DNA from: the human T2T-CHM13v2.0 reference genome, Homo sapiens
Direction: 5' to 3' (one strand)
Length of the DNA: 64,000 nucleotides
NCBI RefSeq assembly: GCF_009914755.1
Contig: NC_060933.1
Shown: positions 1 to 11,910 of the stretch, piece by piece
Layout: each line of letters starts with the position of its first letter
Position numbering within the stretch: position 1 is the first letter of the stretch
Notes under the pieces: generated by a model
Databases searched by the model: none
Seen by the model: only the letters and a program-made list of their open reading frames with translations
Told to the model about the DNA's origin: nothing
Translations under genes and position numbers: made by a program

Positions 1-164
1 TGAGTGGAATGGAAAGGAATGCAATGGAATGGAATCAACCCGAGTGCAATCGAATGGAATCGAATGGAATGGAATGCAATGGAATGGATGCAACTTGAAT
101 GGAATGGAAAGAATGGGATCAACACGATTGGAATGGCATGGATTGGAATGGAATGGAATGGAAT

Positions 165-3100
165 CAACCCGAGTACAGGGGAATGGAATGGAATGGAATG
201 CAATGGAATGGAATCATCCGTAATGGAATGGAAAGGAATGGAATGGAATGGAATGGAATGGAATGGAATGGAATGGAATGGAATCAACTCGATTGCAATC
301 GAATGGAATGGAATGGAATTAACCCGAATAGAATGGAATGGAATGGAATGGAATGGAACGGAACGTAATGGAATGGAATGGAATCAACGCGAGTGCAGGG
401 GAATGGAATGGAATGGAATGCAATGGGATGGAAACTTCCGGAATGGAATGGAATGGAATGGAATGGAATGGAATCAACCCGAGTACAGGGGAATGGAATG
501 GAATGGAATGCAATGGAATGGAAACATCCGTAATGGAATGGAAAGGAATGGAATGGAATGGAATGGAATGGAATGGAATGGAATGGAATGGAATCAACTC
601 GATTGCAATCGAACGGAATGGAATGGAATGGAATGGAATGGAATCAACTCGATTGCAATGGAATGGAATGGAATGGAATGGAATGGAATAGAATTAACCC
701 GAATAGAATTGAATGGAATGGAATGGAAAGGAATGGAAGGAAATGGAATGGAATGTAATCAACCCAAGTGCAGGGGAATGGAATGGAATTGAATGCAATG
801 GAATGGAATCATCCGGAATGGAATGGAATGGAATGGAATGGAATGAACCCGATGCAATGGAATGGAATGGAATGGAATGGAATGGAATGGAATGGAATGG
901 AAAAATCCCGAATGGAATGGAATGTAATGGAGTGTAAGGGAATTGAATAGAATCAGTCCGAATGTAATGGAATGGAATGGAATGAAATGAAATGGAATGG
1001 AATGGAATGGAATCAAACCGAGTGCAATGGAATGGATTCGAATGGAATGAAATGGAATGGAAAGTATTAGAATGGAATCAACCCGAGTGGAATGGAATGG
1101 AAAGGACTGGAATGGATTGGAATGGAATGGAATGGAATGGAATGGAATCAACTCCATTGTAATGGAATGGAATGGAATGGAATGGAATGGAATGGAATGC
1201 AATGGAATGGAATCAACCCGAGTGCAATCGAATGGAATCGAATGGAATGGAATGCAATGGAATGGATTCAACTTGAATGGAATGGAAAGAATGGAATCAA
1301 CACGAGTGGAATGGCATGGATTGGAATAGAATGGAATGGAATCAACCCGAGTACAGGGGAATGGAATGGAATGGAATGCAATGGAATGGAATCATCCGTA
1401 ATGGAATGGAAAGGAATGGAATGGAATGGAATGGAATGGAATGGAATGGAATGGAATGGAATGGTATGGAATGGAATGGAATGGAATGGAATCAACGCGA
1501 GTGCAGGGGAATGTAATGGAACGGAATGCAATGGAATGGAATCATCCGGAATGGAATGGAATGGAATGGAATGGAATGGAATGGAATCAACCCGAGTGCA
1601 ATGGAATGCAGTGGAATGGAATGGAATGGAATGGAACAACCCGAATGGAATGGAATGTAATGGAGAGTAACGGAGTTGAATAGAATCAATCCGAATGTAA
1701 CGGAATGGAATGGAACGGAATGGGATGGAACGGAATGCAATGGAATGGAATCAACCAGAGTACAATGGAATGGAATGGAATGGAATGGAATGTAATGGAA
1801 TGGAATGGAATGGAGTGGAATTGCATGGAATGGAATGGCTTCAAACCGAATGGAATGGAAAAGAATGGAATCAACACGAGTGAAATGGAATGGAATGGAA
1901 TGGAATGGAATGCTGTGGAATGGAATGGAATGGTACGGAATAGAATGGAATGGAACGAATTGGAATGGAATGGAATGGAATGGAATGGAATGGAATGGAA
2001 TGGAATGGAATCAACGCGATTGCAGGGGAATGTAATAGAACGGAATGCAATGGAATGGAATCATCCGGAATGGAATGGAATGGAATGGAATGGAATGGAA
2101 TGCAATGGAATGGAATCAACCCGAGTGCAATGGAATGGAGTGGAATGGAATGGAATGGAATGGAAGAACCCGAATGGAATGGAATGTAATGGAGAGTAAG
2201 GGAGTTAAAAAGAATCAATCCGAATGTAATGGAATGGAATGGAACGGAATGGAATGGAACGGAATGGAATGGAATGGAATGGAATGGAATCAACCCGAGT
2301 ACAGGGGAATGGAATGGAATGGAATGCAATGGAATGGAATCATCCGTAATGGAATGGAAAGGAATGGAATGGAATGGAATGGAATGGAATGGAATGGAAT
2401 GGAATGGAATGGAATCAACTCGATTGCAATCGAATGGAATGGAATGGAATTAACCCGAATAGAATGGAATGGAATGGAATGGAATGGAACGGAACGGAAT
2501 GGAATGGAATGTAATGGAATGGAATGGAATCAACGCGAGTGCAGGGGAATGGAATGGAATGGAATGCAATGGGATGGAAACTTCCGGAATGGAATGGAAT
2601 GGAATGGAATGGAATGGAATCAACCCGAGTACAGGGGAATGGAATGGAATGGAATGCAATGGAATGGAAACATCCGTAATGGAATGGAAAGGAATGGAAT
2701 GGAATGGAATGGAATGGAATGGAATGGAATGGAATGGAATCAACTCGATTGCAATCGAACGGAATGGAATGGAATGGAATGGAATGGAATCAACTCGATT
2801 GCAATGGAATGGAATGGAATGGAATGGAATGGAATGGAATGGAATGGAATTAACCCGAATAGAATTGAATGGAATGGAATGGAAAGGAATGGAAGGAAAT
2901 GGAATGGAATGTAATCAACCCAAGTGCAGGGGAATGGAATGGAATTGAATGCAATGGAATGGAATCATCCGGAATGGAATGGAATGGAATGGAATGGAAT
3001 GAACCCGATGCAATGGAATGGAATGGAATGGAATGGAATGGAATGGAATGGAATGGAAAAATCCCGAATGGAATGGAATGTAATGGAGTGTAAGGGAATT

Positions 3101-6100
3101 GAATAGAATCAGTCCGAATGTAATGGAATGGAATGGAATGAAATGAAATGGAATGGAATGGAATGGAATCAAACCGAGTGCAATGGAATGGATTCGAATG
3201 GAATGAAATGGAATGGAAAGTATTAGAATGGAATCAACCCGAGTGGAATGGAATGGAAAGGACTGGAATGCATTGGAATGGAATGGAATGGAATGGAATG
3301 GAATTAACTCCATTGTAATGGAATGGAATGGAATGGAATGGAATGGAATGGAATGCAATGGAATGGAATCAACCCGAGTGCAATCGAATGGAATCGAATG
3401 GAATGGAATGCAATGGAATGGATTCAACTTGAATGGAATGGAAAGAATGGAATCAACACGAGTGGAATGGCATGGATTGGAATAGAATGGAATGGAATCA
3501 ACCCGAGTACAGGGGAATGGAATGGAATGGAATGCAATGGAATGGAATCATCCGTAATGGAATGGAAAGGAATGGAATGGAATGGAATGGAATGGAATGG
3601 AATGGAATGGAATGGAATGGTATGGAATGGAATGGAATGGAATGGAATCAACGCGAGTGCAGGGGAATGTAATGGAACGGAATGCAATGGAATGGAATCA
3701 TCCGGAATGGAATGGAATGGAATGGAATGGAATGGAATCAACCCGAGTGCAATGGAATGCAGTCGAATGGAATGGAATGGAATGGAACAACCCGAATGGA
3801 ATGGAATGTAATGGAGAGTAACGGAGTTGAATAGAATCAATCCGAATGTAACGGCATGGAATGGAACGGAATGGGATGGAACGGAATGCAATGGAATGGA
3901 ATCAACCAGAGTACAATGGAATGGAATGGAATGGAATGGAATGTAATGGAATGGAATGGAATGGAGTGGAATTGCATGGAATGGAATGGCTTCAAACCGA
4001 ATGGAATGGAAAAGAATGGAATCAACACGAGTGAAATGGAATGGAATGGAATGGAATGGAATGCTGTGGAATGGAATGGAATGGTACGGAATAGAATGGA
4101 ATGGAACGAATTGGAATGGAATGGAATCGAATGGAATGGAATGGAATGGAATGGAATCAACGCGATTGCAGGGGAATGTAATAGAACGGAATGCAATGGA
4201 ATGGAATCATCCGGAATGGAATGGAATGGAATGGAATGGAATGGAATGCAATGGAATGGAATCAACCCGAGTGCAATGGAATGGAGTGGAATGGAATGGA
4301 ATGGAATGGAAGAACCCGAATGGAATGGAATGTAATGGAGAGTAAGGGAGTTAAAAAGAATCAATCCGAATGTAATGGAATGGAATGGAACGGAATGGAA
4401 TGGAACGGAATGGAATGGAATGGAATGGAATGGAATCAACCCGAGTACAGGGGAATGGAATGGAATGGAATGCAATGGAATGGAATCATCCGTAATGGAA
4501 TGGAAAGGAATGGAATGGAATGGAATGGAATGGAATGGAATGGAATGGAATCAACTCGATTGCAATCGAATGGAATGGAATGGAATTAACCCGAATAGAA
4601 TGGAATGGAATGGAATGGAATGGAACGGAACGGAATGGAATGGAATGTAATGGAATGGAATGGAATCAACGCGAGTGCAGGGGAATGGAATGGAATGGAA
4701 TGCAATGGGATGGAAACTTCCGGAATGGAATGGAATGGAATGGAATGGAATGGAATCAACCCGAGTACAGGGGAATGGAATGGAATGGAATGCAATGGAA
4801 TGGAAACATCCGTAATGGAATGGAAAGGAATGGAATGGAATGGAATGGAATGGAATGGAATGGAATGGAATGGAATCAACTCGATTGCAATCGAACGGAA
4901 TGGAATGGAATGGAATGGAATGGAATCAACTCGATTGCAATGGAATGGAATGGAATGGAATGGAATGGAATGGAATGGAATGGAATTAACCCGAATAGAA
5001 TTGAATGGAATGGAATGGAAAGGAATGGAAGGAAATGGAATGGAATGTAATCAACCCAAGTGCAGGGGAATGGAATGGAATTGAATGCAATGGAATGGAA
5101 TCATCCGGAATGGAATGGAATGGAATGGAATGGAATGAACCCGATGCAATGGAATGGAATGGAATGGAATGGAATGGAATGGAATGGAATGGAAAAATCC
5201 CGAATGGAATGGAATGTAATGGAGTGTAAGGGAATTGAATAGAATCAGTCCGAATGTAATGGAATGGAATGGAATGAAATGAAATGGAATGGAATGGAAT
5301 GGAATCAAACCGAGTGCAATGGAATGGATTCGAATGGAATGAAATGGAATGGAAAGTATTAGAATGGAATCACCCCGAGTGGAATGGAATGGAAAGGACT
5401 GGAATGGATTGGAATGGAATGGAATGGAATGGAATGGAATGGAATCAACTCCATTGTAATGGAATGGAATGGAATGGAATGGAATGGAATGGAATGCAAT
5501 GGAATGGAATCAACCCGAGTGCAATCGAATGGAATCGAATGGAATGGAATGCAATGGAATGGATTCAACTTGAATGGAATGGAAAGAATGGAATCAACAC
5601 GAGTGGAATGGCATGGATTGGAATAGAATGGAATGGAATCAACCCGAGTACAGGGGAATGGAATGGAATGGAATGCAATGGAATGGAATCATCCGTAATG
5701 GAATGGAAAGGAATGGAATGGAATGGAATGGAATGGAATGGAATGGAATGGTATGGAATGGAATGGAATGGAATGGAATCAACGCGAGTGCAGGGGAATG
5801 TAATGGAACGGAATGCAATGGAATGGAATCATCCGGAATGGAATGGAATGGAATGGAATGGAATGGAATCAACCCGAGTGCAATGGAATGCAGTGGAATG
5901 GAATGGAATGGAATGGAACAACCCGAATGGAATGGAATGTAATGGAGAGTAACGGAGTTGAATAGAATCAATCCGAATGTAACGGAATGGAATGGAACGG
6001 AATGGGATGGAACGGAATGCAATGGAATGGAATCAACCAGAGTACAATGGAATGGAATGGAATGGAATGGAATGTAATGGAATGGAATGGAATGGAGTGG

Positions 6101-6567
6101 AATTGCATGGAATGGAATGGCTTCAAACCGAATGGAATGGAAAAGAATGGAATCAACACGAGTGAAATGGAATGGAATGGAATGGAATGGAATGCTGTGG
6201 AATGGAATGGAATGGTACGGAATAGAATGGAATGGAACGAATTGGAATGGAATGGAATCGAATGGAATGGAATGGAATGGAATGGAATGAACGCGATTGC
6301 AGGGGAATGTAATAGAACGGAATGCAATGGAATGGAATCATCCGGAATGGAATGGAATGGAATGGAATGGAATGGAATGCAATGGAATGGAATCAACCCG
6401 AGTGCAATGGAATGGAGTGGAATGGAATGGAATGGAATGGAAGAACCCGAATGGAATGGAATGTAATGGAGAGTAAGGGAGTTAAAAAGAATCAATCCGA
6501 ATGTAATGGAATGGAATGGAACGGAATGGAATGGAACGGAATGGAATGGAATGGAATGGAATGGAAT
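165..6567 (+). repeat. Higher-order repeat: three tandem copies of a ~2.13-kb unit
   Basis: Units start at CAACCCGAGT at 165, 2291 and 4437 and end before 6568 (2126, 2146, 2131 bp). Private markers recur once per unit (GGAAACTTCCGG at 430/2576/4712; GGAAAAATCCCG; GGAAAGTATTAG; GGAGTTAAAAAG). Identical ORF translations at 713/2869/5005. Confidence 0.93.
430..444. promoter_or_regulatory. Consensus heat-shock element (nGAAnnTTCnnGAAn) overlapping an ETS-type ACTTCCGG; repeated at 2576-2590 and 4712-4726
   Basis: gGAAa-cTTCc-gGAAt matches the canonical three-pentamer HSF1 site exactly. Motif match only, no binding evidence. Confidence 0.5.
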
Positions 6568-8477
6568 CAACCCGAGTGCAATCGAATGGAATCGAATGGA
6601 ATGGAATGCAATGGAATGGATTCAACTTGAATGGAATGGAAAGAATGGAATCAACATGAGTGGAATGGCATGGATTGCAATGGAATGGAATGGAATAAAC
6701 CTGAGTACAGGGGAATGGAATGGAATGGAAAGCAATGGAATGGCATCATCCTAAATGGAATGGAAAGGAATGGAATGGAATTGAATGGGATGGAATGGCT
6801 TCAAACCGAATGGAATGGAAAGGAATGGAATCAACACGAGTGGAATGGAATGGAATGGAATGGAATGGAATGGTATGGAATAGAATGGAATGGAACGAAA
6901 TAGAATGGAATGGAATGGAATGGAATTGTTCCGAGGGAATAGGAGGGAATATATTCGAGTGGAATGGAAAGGAATGGAATCAACCAGAGTGGAATGGAAG
7001 GGAATGGAATGGTATGGAAACTAATAGAATGGAATCAACCCGAGTGGAATGGAATGGAAAGGAATGGAATGGAATGGAATGGAATGGAATGGAATGGAAT
7101 GGAATCAACTCGATTGTAATGGAATGGAATGGAATGGAATGGAATGGCATGGAATGGAATGCAATGGAATTAACCCGAATACAATGGAATGGAATGCAAT
7201 GGAACGGAATGGAGTGGAATGGAATGGAATCAACCCGAGTGCAGGGGAATGGAATGGAATGGAATGTAATGGAATGGAATCATCCGGAATGGAATGGAAT
7301 GGAATGGAATGCAATGCAATGGAATCAACTCGATTGCAATGGAATGGAATGGAAAGGAATAGAATGGAATCAACTCGAGTGGAATGGAATGGAAAGGACT
7401 GGAATGGAGTGGAATGGAATGCAATGGAAAGGAATTAACTCGATTGGAATGGAATGGAAAGGAATGGAATGGAATTAACCCGAATAGAATGGAATGGAAT
7501 GGAATGGAACGGAATGGAATGGAATGGAACGGAATGGAATGGAATGGAAAGGAATCATACCGACTGCAGGGGAATGGAATGGTATGGAATGAAATGGAAT
7601 GGAATGGAATGGAGTGGAAAGGAATCAAACCGACTGCAGGGGAATGGAATGGAATGGAATGCAATGGAATGGAATCATCCGGAACGGAATGGAATGGAAT
7701 GGAATGGATTCAACTCGATTGCAATGGAATGGAATGGAATGGAATGGAATGGAATGGAATGGAATGGAATGGAATGGAATTCACCCGAATAGAATGGAAT
7801 GGAATGGAATGGAAAGGAATGGAAGGGAAGGGAATGGAACGTAATCAACCCGAGTGCTGGGAAATGGAATGGAATGGAATGCAATGGAATGGAATCATCC
7901 GGAATGGAATGGAATGGAATGGAATGGAATGGAATGGAATAGAATGGAATGGAATGCAATGGAATGGAATCAACCCGAGTACAATGGAATGGAATGGAAT
8001 GGAATGGAATGGAATGGAATGGAATGGAATGGAATGGAATGCCTTCAAACTGAATGCAATGGAAAGGAATGTAATCAACACGAGTGGAATGGAATGGAAT
8101 GGAATGGAATGGAATGGAATGGAATGGTACGGAATAGAATGGAATGGAACGAAATGGAATGGAATGGAATGCAATGGAATGGAATGGAATGGAATCGTTC
8201 CGAGTGGAATAGGAGGGAATGTATTCGAGTGAAATGGAAAGGAATGGAATCAACCAGAGTGGAATGGAAGGGAATGGAATGGAATGGAAACTAATAGAAT
8301 GGAATCAACCCGAGTGGAATGGAATGGAAAGGACTGGAATGGAATGGAATGGAATGGAATGGAATGGAATCAACTCCATTGTAATGGAATGGAATGGAAT
8401 GGAAAGGAATGGAATGGAATGCAATGGAATTAACCCGAATACAATGAAAAGGAATGGAATGGAACGGAATGCAAAGC

Positions 8478-8505
8478 AATGGAATCAACTCAGGTTGATT
8501 CCATT
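8478..8505. other. Inversion breakpoint within the satellite array
   Basis: AATGGAATCAAC-TCAG-GTTGATTCCATT: GGAAT repeats end and CATTC repeats begin with no inserted foreign sequence. The 12-bp arms (8478-8489, 8494-8505) are exact reverse complements around a 4-nt spacer. Confidence 0.95.
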
Positions 8506-10170
8506 CCCTTCTTTCCATTCCATTCCATTCCATTCCATTCCATTCCGTTCCATTCCATTCTATTACATTCGGATTGATTCTATTCAATTCCCTTACACTC
8601 CATTATATTCCATTCCATTCGGGTAGTTTCCACTCCATTCCATTCCCTTCCTCTCCATTCCATTGCACTCGGGTTGATTCCATTCCATTGCATTCCATTC
8701 CATTCCATTCAATTCCATTCCGTTCCATTCCATTCCATTACATTCGGATTGATTCTATTCAACTCCCTTACTCTCCATTACATTCGATTCCATTCAGGTT
8801 GTTCCATTCCATTCCATTCCATTCCACTCCATTCCATTGCACTCGGGTTGATTCCATTCCATTCCATTCCATTCCGGAAGATTCCATTCCATTACATTCC
8901 ATTACATTCTATTCCCCTGCACTCGCGTTGATTCCATTCCATTCCATTCCATTCCATTCCATTCCATTCCATTCCTTTCTGTTCCATTCCATTTCATTCC
9001 ATTCCATTCCGTTCCGTTCCGTTCCATTCCATTCCAGTCCATTCTATTCGGGTTAATTCCATTCCATTCCATTCGATTGCAATCGAGTTGATTCCATTCC
9101 ATTCCATTCCATTCCATTCCATTCCTTTCCTTTCCATTACGGATGATTCCATTCCATTGCATTCCATTCCATTCCATTCCCCTGTACTCGGGTTCATTCC
9201 ATTCCATTCCATTCCAATCCATGCCATTCCACTCGTGTTGATTCCATTCTTTCCATTCCATTCAAGTTGAATCCATTCCATTGCATTCCATTCCATTCGA
9301 TTCCATTCGATTGCACTCAGGTTGATTCCATTCCATTGCATTCCATTCCATCCCATTTCATTCCATTCCATTCCTTTCCATTCCATTCCATTCCATTCCA
9401 TTCGATTGCAATCGAGTTTATTCCATTCCATTCCTTTCCATTCCATTCAATTGCCCTGCATTCCACTCGGGTTGATTCCATTCCCTTCTTTCCATTCCAT
9501 TCCATTCCATTCCATTCCATTCCGTTCCATTCCATTCCATTACATTCGGATTGATTCTATTCAATTCCCTTACACTCCATTACATTCCATTCCATTCGGG
9601 TAGTTTCCACTCCATTCCATTCCCTTCCTCTCCATTCCATTGCACTCGGGTTGATTCCATTCCATTGCATTCTATTCCATTCCATTCAATTCCATTCCGT
9701 TCCATTCCATTCCATTACATTCGGATTGATTCTATTCAACTCCCTTACTCTCCATTACATTCGACTCCATTCAGGTTGTTCCATTCCATTCCATTCCATT
9801 CCACTCCATTGCATTGCACTCGGGTTGATTCCATTCCATTCCATTCCAATCCGGAAGATTCCATTCCATTACATTCCATTACATTCTATTCCCCTGCACT
9901 CGCGTTGATTCCATTCCATTCCATTCCATTCCATTACATTCCATTCCATTCCATTCCTTTCTGTTCCATTCCATTCCATTCCATTCCATTCCGTTCCGTT
10001 CCGTTCCATTCCATTCCAGTCCATTCTATTCGGGTTAATTCCATTCCATTCCATTCGATTGCAATCGAGTTGATTCCATTCCATTCCATTCCATTCCATT
10101 CCATTCCATTCCATTCCTTTCCTTTCCATTACGGATGATTCCATTCCATTGCATTCCATTCCATTCCATT
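8488..10170 (-). repeat. ~977-bp tandem duplication adjoining the inversion (one full and one partial copy)
   Basis: ACTC(A/G)GGTTGATTCCATTCCCTTCTTTCC at 8488 and 9465; GGGTAGTTTCCACTCC and CAGGTTGTT markers at the same offset; ORF pairs 8574/9551 and 8674/9651 differ by 977. Confidence 0.88.
8871..8885. promoter_or_regulatory. Consensus heat-shock element (aTTCcgGAAgaTTCc); first of ~29 copies right of the inversion
   Basis: Perfect nTTCnnGAAnnTTCn. Other starts: 10522, 10682, 13301, 13525, 14967, 17172, 17396, 18838, 19756, 23923, 25010, 29051, 29246, 30400, 31897, 33341, 35627, 37690, 39248, 40730, 43053, 53027, 55302, 56421, 61800, 61850, 62633, 63466. Motif match only. Confidence 0.5.
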
Positions 10171-10444
10171 CAATTCCATTCCGTTCCATTCCATTCCATT
10201 ACATTCGGATTGATTCTATTCAATTCCCTTACACTCCATTACATTCCATTCCATTCGGGTAGTTTCCATTCCATTCCATTCCATTCCTCTCCATTCCATT
10301 GCACTCGGGTTGATTCCATTCCATTGCATTCCATTCCATTCCATTCAATTCCATTCCGTTCCATTCCATTCCATTACATTCGGATTGATTCTATTCAACT
10401 CCCTTACTCTCCATTACATTCCATTCCATTCGGGCTGTTCCATT

Positions 10445-10770
10445 CCATTCCATTCCATTCCACTCCATTCCATTGCACTCGGGTTTATTCCATTCCATTC
10501 CATTCCATTCCATTCCATTCCATTCCGGAAGATTCCATTCCATTGCATTCCATTCCATTCCATTCCCCTGCACTCGCGTTGATTCCATTCCATTTCATTC
10601 CATTCCATTCCATTCCATTCCACTCCATTCCATTGCACTCGGGTTTATTCCATTCCATTCCATTCCATTCCATTCCATTCCATTCCGGAAGATTCCATTC
10701 CATTGCATTCCATTCCATTCCATTCCCCTGCACTCGCGTTGATTCCATTCCATTTCATTCCATTCCATTC
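10445..10770 (-). repeat. 160-bp tandem duplication
   Basis: CACTCCATTCCATTGCACTCGGGTTTATTC at 10461 and 10621; CCGGAAGA elements at 10522 and 10682. Confidence 0.85.
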
Positions 10771-11910
10771 CATTCCATTCCATTCCTTTCCGTTCCATTC
10801 CATTCCATTCCATTCCATTCCATTCCATTCTGTTCCGTTCCGTTCCATTCCATTCCATTCCATTCTATTCGGGTTAATTCCATTCCATTCCATTCGATTG
10901 CAATCGAGTTGATTCCATTCCATTCCATTCCATTCCATTCCATTCCATTCCATTCCATTCCGGATGATTCCATTCCATTGCATTCCATTCCATTCCATTC
11001 CCCTGTACTCGGGTTCATTCCATTCCATTCCATTCCAATCCATGCCATTCCACTCGTGTTGATTCCATTCTTTCCATTCCATTCAAGTTGAATCCATTCC
11101 ATTGCATTCCATTCCATTCGATTCCATTCGATTGCACTCAGGTTGATTCCATTCCATTGCATTCCATTCCATCCCATTTCATTCCATTCCATTCCTTTCC
11201 ATTCCATTCCATTCCATTCCATTCGATTGCAATCGAGTTTATTCCATTCCATTCCTTTCCATTCCATTCCATTGCCCTGCATTCCACTCGGGTTGATTCC
11301 ATTCCCTTATTTCCACTCCATTACATTCCCTTCCATTCCACTTGGAATGATTGATTCCATTCCATTCCATTCCATTTCATTCCATTGCAATCCATTCCAA
11401 TCCATTCCATTATATTCCATTCCACTCGAGTTGATTTCATTCCATTCCTTTCCATTCCATTCCATTCCTTTCCACTCGAGTTGATTCCATTCCATTCCAT
11501 TCCTTTGCATTCCATTCCATGCCATTCCACTCGGGTGGATTCCATTCCATTCCATTCCATTCCATTCCATTCCATTCCATTGCAATCCATTCCATTCCTT
11601 TCCCCTGCACTCGGGTTGATTCCATTCCTTTCCATTCCATTTAATTCCATTCCATTCCATTCCATTCCATTCCATTCCAATCCGTTCCATTCCATTCCAT
11701 TCTATTCCACTGCAATCGACTTGATTCCATTCCATTCCATTCCATTCCATTCCATTTTGTTCCAATCCATTCTATTTCGAACTATTCCATTCCATTCCAT
11801 TCCATTCCATTGCATTCCATTCCATGCCATTCCACTCCAGTTGATTCCATTCCATTCCATTCCATTCGATTCCATTCGATTCCATTCCATTCCGTTCCAT
11901 TCCATTTCAT

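Larger units (their letters stand above)
1..8489 (+). repeat. Satellite III (HSat3) array, G-rich (GGAAT)n strand on +
   Basis: Continuous GGAAT pentamers with interspersed CAACCCGAGT/CAACACGAGT/CAACTCGATT/CATCCGG landmarks, the established signature of human Satellite III. The (CATTCGATTC)-dominated pattern of HSat2 is not the backbone here. Confidence 0.97.

Noticed and set aside
165-6567. CRISPR-like alternation of conserved motifs and spacers
   Set aside because: The intervening sequence is the pentamer itself, not unique spacers; spacing is irregular and there are no cas genes.
6941-6950. AGGAGG Shine-Dalgarno-like sequence
   Set aside because: Part of a repeated satellite module in eukaryotic heterochromatic DNA with no real downstream CDS.
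8478-8505. Hairpin as an intrinsic terminator or transposon terminal inverted repeat
   Set aside because: No U-tract, target-site duplication or transposase; the symmetry follows from joining two oppositely oriented landmarks.
11344-11358. GGAATG on the CATTC strand as a micro-inversion, and TGATTGAT as a PBX site
   Set aside because: More simply explained as the CTCGGAACGATT landmark with CpG deamination plus a 4-bp GATT duplication; an 8-bp motif match alone is not evidence of function.
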